From the NCBI GenBank assembly GCA_907165135.1, contig OU015567.1, positions 2,294,001-2,358,000 of the forward strand: DNA of 64,000 bases. The letters run 5' to 3'. This stretch comes from Oikopleura dioica (taxonomy: Eukaryota; Animalia; Chordata). This document shows positions 59,564 through 64,000 of the stretch, piece by piece. How positions within the stretch are numbered: position 1 is the first letter of the stretch; every line of letters begins with the position of its first letter. The translations under genes were made by a program, and so were the position numbers. The notes below the pieces were generated by a model. That model made no database searches and had not been told where the DNA came from. It was given only the letters and a program-made list of their open reading frames with translations.

Positions 59564-62500
59564 TTAGCTTTTTCGATAGTTTGAGGTTCTATTCTTCCAA
59601 ATGTTCTGGAGCACATTCGATAAGGGTGTCTTCTCTTTTTTCATTTCATACTGAAGTTGCTTGATAACAAGCCAAAAAAGAACCGTCAGAGTTATCAGCT
59701 GAACCATCATATATCCAAGAAAGCCGATTTCAAATCGATTCATGCATCGAAAAGGCGCTAGAATTGCATTCCCCTGATAGTCATAATCGAAACATCCTTC
59801 AAATCTCCTCCCAAATCTGTCACTGTTTGTTGAACTGAGTTCTTGTAGAGCTGAGGGATGAAGTTCTTGCAAGTAGTCTTGATAAATGGTTCGTGAAGGA
59901 ACAAGTTGATCAGAAAGAATTGTCGAATTTTTCGTGAAATCGAATCGAGTGATTTTCGGGTTGAAGCTTTCGTATGATCCGGCGAACCACCAGTCAGCGA
60001 TTGAGAGGACGAGAGTGACTGTATCGAAGCAAATGATGAGTAAGAAAGAAAGGGATGCAAGAAGATATATTCGCCAAAACTTCTTAATCTCCGCCACTGG
60101 TTCATAAAAGAACTCTTCTAGTCTTTCTCTTTCCATGATCAGCACGACAATATTTTGCAATGTATATAGCAGGTAGACAGCAATGCAGATATTGGGGAAG
60201 ATGGTAACAGGAGGAAGGGCCCTTGTGTAGGATAAATACAGTAAGAAGGCTGCTGGAACTCTTGTAACCAACGAACTGCCGAGGAAGATCAAAAAATCAA
60301 GGATTGACGTGATTGTTTTGTTGCTTACTTCAAGTTTGTAAATTGTCGTGAAATAAACTGACCCGGAAATAGCCCCGAGTAAGATACACTGAAACGGATA
60401 CATCCAGCTAAGACTTTTTTGCATTCCGATTAAGTCTGCAGAATGAATTTTCAGGTTGATTATGAAAGTTATAACCAGGCTCAAAAAGCATTGAATGATC
60501 GGAAGAAGTAGCCAGAAAATCTGCTTAGAATCATAAACTCGCCGCTGATTAACCATTTGAGAAAGATTTTCTTGAAATCTTTCGCAGACTGAAACTATGG
60601 TGAACACAACTGTTCCAAGAATAATCATGACAGAAACAAACAATAGGCCAACAAGAGCTCCAATTTTCGATTCTCTTTCGTAAGTTAAGAAAAAGGCTTC
60701 ATCTTCGTGCGGGATTGAGAAGTCGAGAAGCTCTTGAACTTCCTCTGTGATATTCTTGGTTTTTGCTTGGAAAAGAATTTCAAAAGAAGAGAATTTCATC
60801 TTTCCAGGAGAAGTGAAGATGTTTTGGGCGAAATTTTCTTTTTGCTCCTTGACCCAATCAGGTCGAAAATCGCGGATATCAAGGAGAAAAGCTTGTGTGA
60901 TATTTTCTGACGCATAACTTATTGAAAGAAGATTCACAGCCATCTTGATCAGTTCGGTTCTGTTTCTACTCTTCTCATTTCCGATGACAATCGAGTAATG
61001 CTGAAAATTTGAGGAAAATGGGTTTATTGTCTTTAGACATTTCTTGTTGCTCAACAAAATGTTAAATGATTTCTTCATCGGCTCTGGCGCAAGAGTGGTT
61101 AGACTGATATGAGAATCTTCTATTTCAATTTCTCCAACGGTCATATTCCATTCATTATTCAGAGGTATTTCATCAACGAGCAACTCTGAGAGATAGAAAA
61201 ACAAGAATTTTGGTTCCTCTTTTTTCACATTTCTCAATTCTGCTTTGATGGACAAAGTCGGTTTCTTGAAGAACTGAACTGTCGGATTCCCTCTGGCAGT
61301 AAAAGGAACTTGCCACGAAATGTCGCTTTTGAAAATGTTCGCAAAACAAGCATCAATTTCTATCGAAGCCTTTTTGCTTCCAAATCCGATGAGTGCTGGA
61401 GCTGAAGGCTGACAGATGTCAGAGCCGGAAACATGATGGTAGTTTGTGTTACAAGCGCATTCGTATGACCCGAGTGTATTTTTGCACTTTGAAGTGTAGA
61501 GATTCAACTCGTCTCGGATGTTCTTTCCTGCTAGTTTCCACAATTCTGGCTCGGGACAATCCGCTAGATCTTCTCCGCATTCATCAATGTCAACACAGAT
61601 TTCATCCTTTTTCTGATGAAGCCGGAAGCCTCTGGGGCAAATACAAAAATAACTTCCTTCAGTATCAACACACTGTGCCGGTGCCTCGCAAAAATGCGTT
61701 CCTTTTGTGCATTCGTCAATATTGCGACAGTTTTGACCATTTCCAGAGAATCCAGGGAGGCATTTGCAGATGGCCCCATTTTCAAGACAAACTGCATTTT
61801 TTGAGCAATCTTTGCAAGATTGATTTCTCTTGCAGAAGCCTCTTTCATCCCTTTCCGTCCAGCCAAGTGATTTATCACATGAACACGTCTTGTCCGGAAC
61901 ACAAGTTCCTCCCTTCTCGCAAAGGGGGAAGCAACTCTTTCTCTTCTCAACCGGCCCCAAGCAGCCATCAAGACCGACATGTCCATCCATACAAATTCGC
62001 CTGGTTCTTCTGTGGCCTTTCCCACATTCTGCATCACAAGATGTCCATCTTGTCCAGCTAGACCATTTTGGGCAAGATTGATTTTTGCATGAGTCTCGCT
62101 CTTCTAGTTTTTCTTGCTCACATCCTTTATCACCAGGCTCTCCATTCAAACAGGGTCGTTCGCGAAATCTTAGACCTTCGAAAATAACCAAAAAGAACTG
62201 TGATAAACTTACCTCCTCCACAAGTCTTTGAGCATTCCGACCATTCGTACCACTCAGCTGGATGCGGGCAGCCGTTAAAAACACACTCCCTCGTTTCCTC
62301 GTACTCCTCCTTGATATCACAACCATCATCTCCCGGATTCCCTCCAACACATGTCTTCTCTCTGAACTGTTTTCCCTTTCCAAGACATTGTGCTGCTTCG
62401 CAAACAGACCACTGATTCCAACTCGACCAAGTCGGACAGCTTTGCGTATTACAACTCGCTAGTTCTTCAGCATCTTCTTCTTTACACATATTTTTGTCAA

Positions 62501-64000
62501 TTATTTTTCTTTTCCAGTTCTCCGGATCGCTAGTGAAAGCCTGGCAAGCGCGATACCGATATTTCTGCCCACCACCGCAACTTTTCGAACAAAATGACCA
62601 CTTGGCCCATTGGCCCCAAGGAGCCCACTGCTTCGGTTCTTCTCCTGGACATAACTGGGTATTACAGTGTTTTGCGTCTTCATCCGCAAGGGGTGGGGGA
62701 GTCGGTTGGATGGGCTGAGGGGGTTGAGTTGGCTGCGCATCACTATCTTCTTCGCCTTGAGGAGTCATAATCTGTTTTGCGACTTGATTTGCTTGGATTG
62801 AAGACATAAAGGAGTTTGCGTACTGCCCTCTCATGCTCACTTCTCCATTTGCTTTTGCATTGTCGAGCTGTTTTTGATACTCTTCAAGACTCAATGAGCT
62901 ACAACCAATGTCACCAACTTTTCCATCGATGCATTCTCGATTTCGTTTCATATCCCCTCCACCGCAAAGGTTCGAGCAAGCTCCCCACTCTCCCCATTCC
63001 GCCCAATAAGGACAAGGTCCTGTCGCGCAAGGCTCTTCTTCGTTCTTTTCTCCGTCGCATTCAAGAGTCATATCATCTGGCGAAGAACACTCCCTGCTTC
63101 TCGATCGAGTTCCACCAAGACATGATTGGGAGCAAATTGACCACTGAGACCACTCGGTAAAATATGGGCATCGTATATTTGTAGCGCAGAACATTTCAGA
63201 TTCAACATCTCCGGTACATCCATTTTGCCCAATTTCACCATGCTCGCATGAGCGGGAGCGAGTTTTGACGCCATTCCCGCAGGTCACGGAACAATCGGTC
63301 CATTGCGTCCAGAAATTCCACCTGTTTTGAGGTTCTTTCATGCGTGATCAAAGAGAAATTTAAATAAAACGAACTTTCAAAACTTTCTACTTGTATTTTT
63401 GAGTTTTTTAAAATGAAAAATCTTTTTTTTCGTTTATTTTGTTAAACAAATATATATGATAAATTATCAAAATTTCGTTATCTGGGAGATTTGTAACCTC
63501 AACCTTGGACATGGATTCGTCGAGCAGAATTGATCTTCAACCTCTTCGCCGCGAGAACAAGTTCCACTTCCTTTATTAGATTTCTTGATTATGAAATGAG
63601 AACACTTAGGTTAGTGAGGAAAATCGGTGCGTTTTAAGCAACTCTTGTTCTGATTCTTATCAAACTGAAACCTTCCTACAGGACCGTGAAGACATTCTCT
63701 TCTTCTTACTTTCGAAATTCTTTATTCAATAAAATGAAAATTCTGTTTTTATAGCGGTGAAATTCCTCATTAAAATCGTTGACCTACCCGCATTTTTTAA
63801 CTGTCATCAGAACATTCAACGCTAAAGAAAATAAAGCCAAATCATAAAGAACATTCCTTGTGAAGCTCTCAATCCCATCGGATCTCTGCAAGTAACGGGG
63901 CAATTTGTCCAGTCCTGCCAATGTGCCCATTCTGGACAAGGCCTCAGATTGGTGCATTCTTTTGTCCGACTAGATTTGCCTTCGCACAAGTTTCTTGGAT
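59564..64000 (-). CDS. Large cell-surface protein: many TSP1 repeats, EGF/cbEGF repeats, unknown domain, ~7 TM segments; 5' end lies beyond the window
   Basis: WxxWxxCSxxCGxG..R.R.C repeats; CxDIDEC calcium-binding EGF; 37-nt intron 62176-62212 joins ORF 62130-63341 to ORF 59564-62383; further TSP1 exons at about 63490-64000; seven hydrophobic segments in the last ~360 aa. Confidence 0.85.

Noticed and set aside
1-64000. rRNA, spliced-leader RNA, snRNA, intact transposase or retrotransposon ORFs, CRISPR
   Set aside because: No recognisable sequence seen by eye; a covariance-model search would be needed to exclude divergent ncRNAs.

Overview
AT-rich, very compact eukaryotic (animal) genomic window. 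Most introns are 30-50 nt, several have non-canonical GA/GC donors, and there are closely spaced same-strand gene runs and many MITE-like inverted repeats. This pattern fits an appendicularian tunicate such as Oikopleura (inference, no database check). About 25 intron-containing protein genes could be reconstructed by hand. On the minus strand: flavin-reductase-like, meprin-like astacin, tandem SUEL lectin, Thr-rich secreted protein, small peptide precursor, sulfotransferase, MFSD11, glycogenin, Cys-loop channel, PCBD-like, SARAF, PTDSS1, PGP, PNKD/HAGH-like, SUPT7L and a large TSP1-EGF-7TM protein. On the plus strand: protocadherin, RING protein, IRSp53-like protein and three paralogous small secreted proteins. 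There are also two tRNA-Glu(CTC) genes and at least seven mobile or repeat elements. Main observations: (1) a 1.87-kb element with A---BA--B split direct repeats and no target duplication, inserted in the last exon of the sulfotransferase, whose removal restores the frame and a TM tail; (2) a 1.34-kb TIR element flanked exactly by an 89-bp duplication of coding exon; (3) three paralogous secreted basic Cys proteins of unrecognised family nested antisense in a 3.75-kb GC-AG intron; (4) a 72-aa prohormone-like precursor missed by the ORF track; (5) a TSP1/EGF ectodomain fused to an atypical 7TM region with no GPS motif; (6) a signal-peptide-bearing PCBD homologue. All gene models and domain calls come from manual translation and remembered family motifs, and several gene ends are approximate. 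Three single-base frameshifts may be assembly errors.
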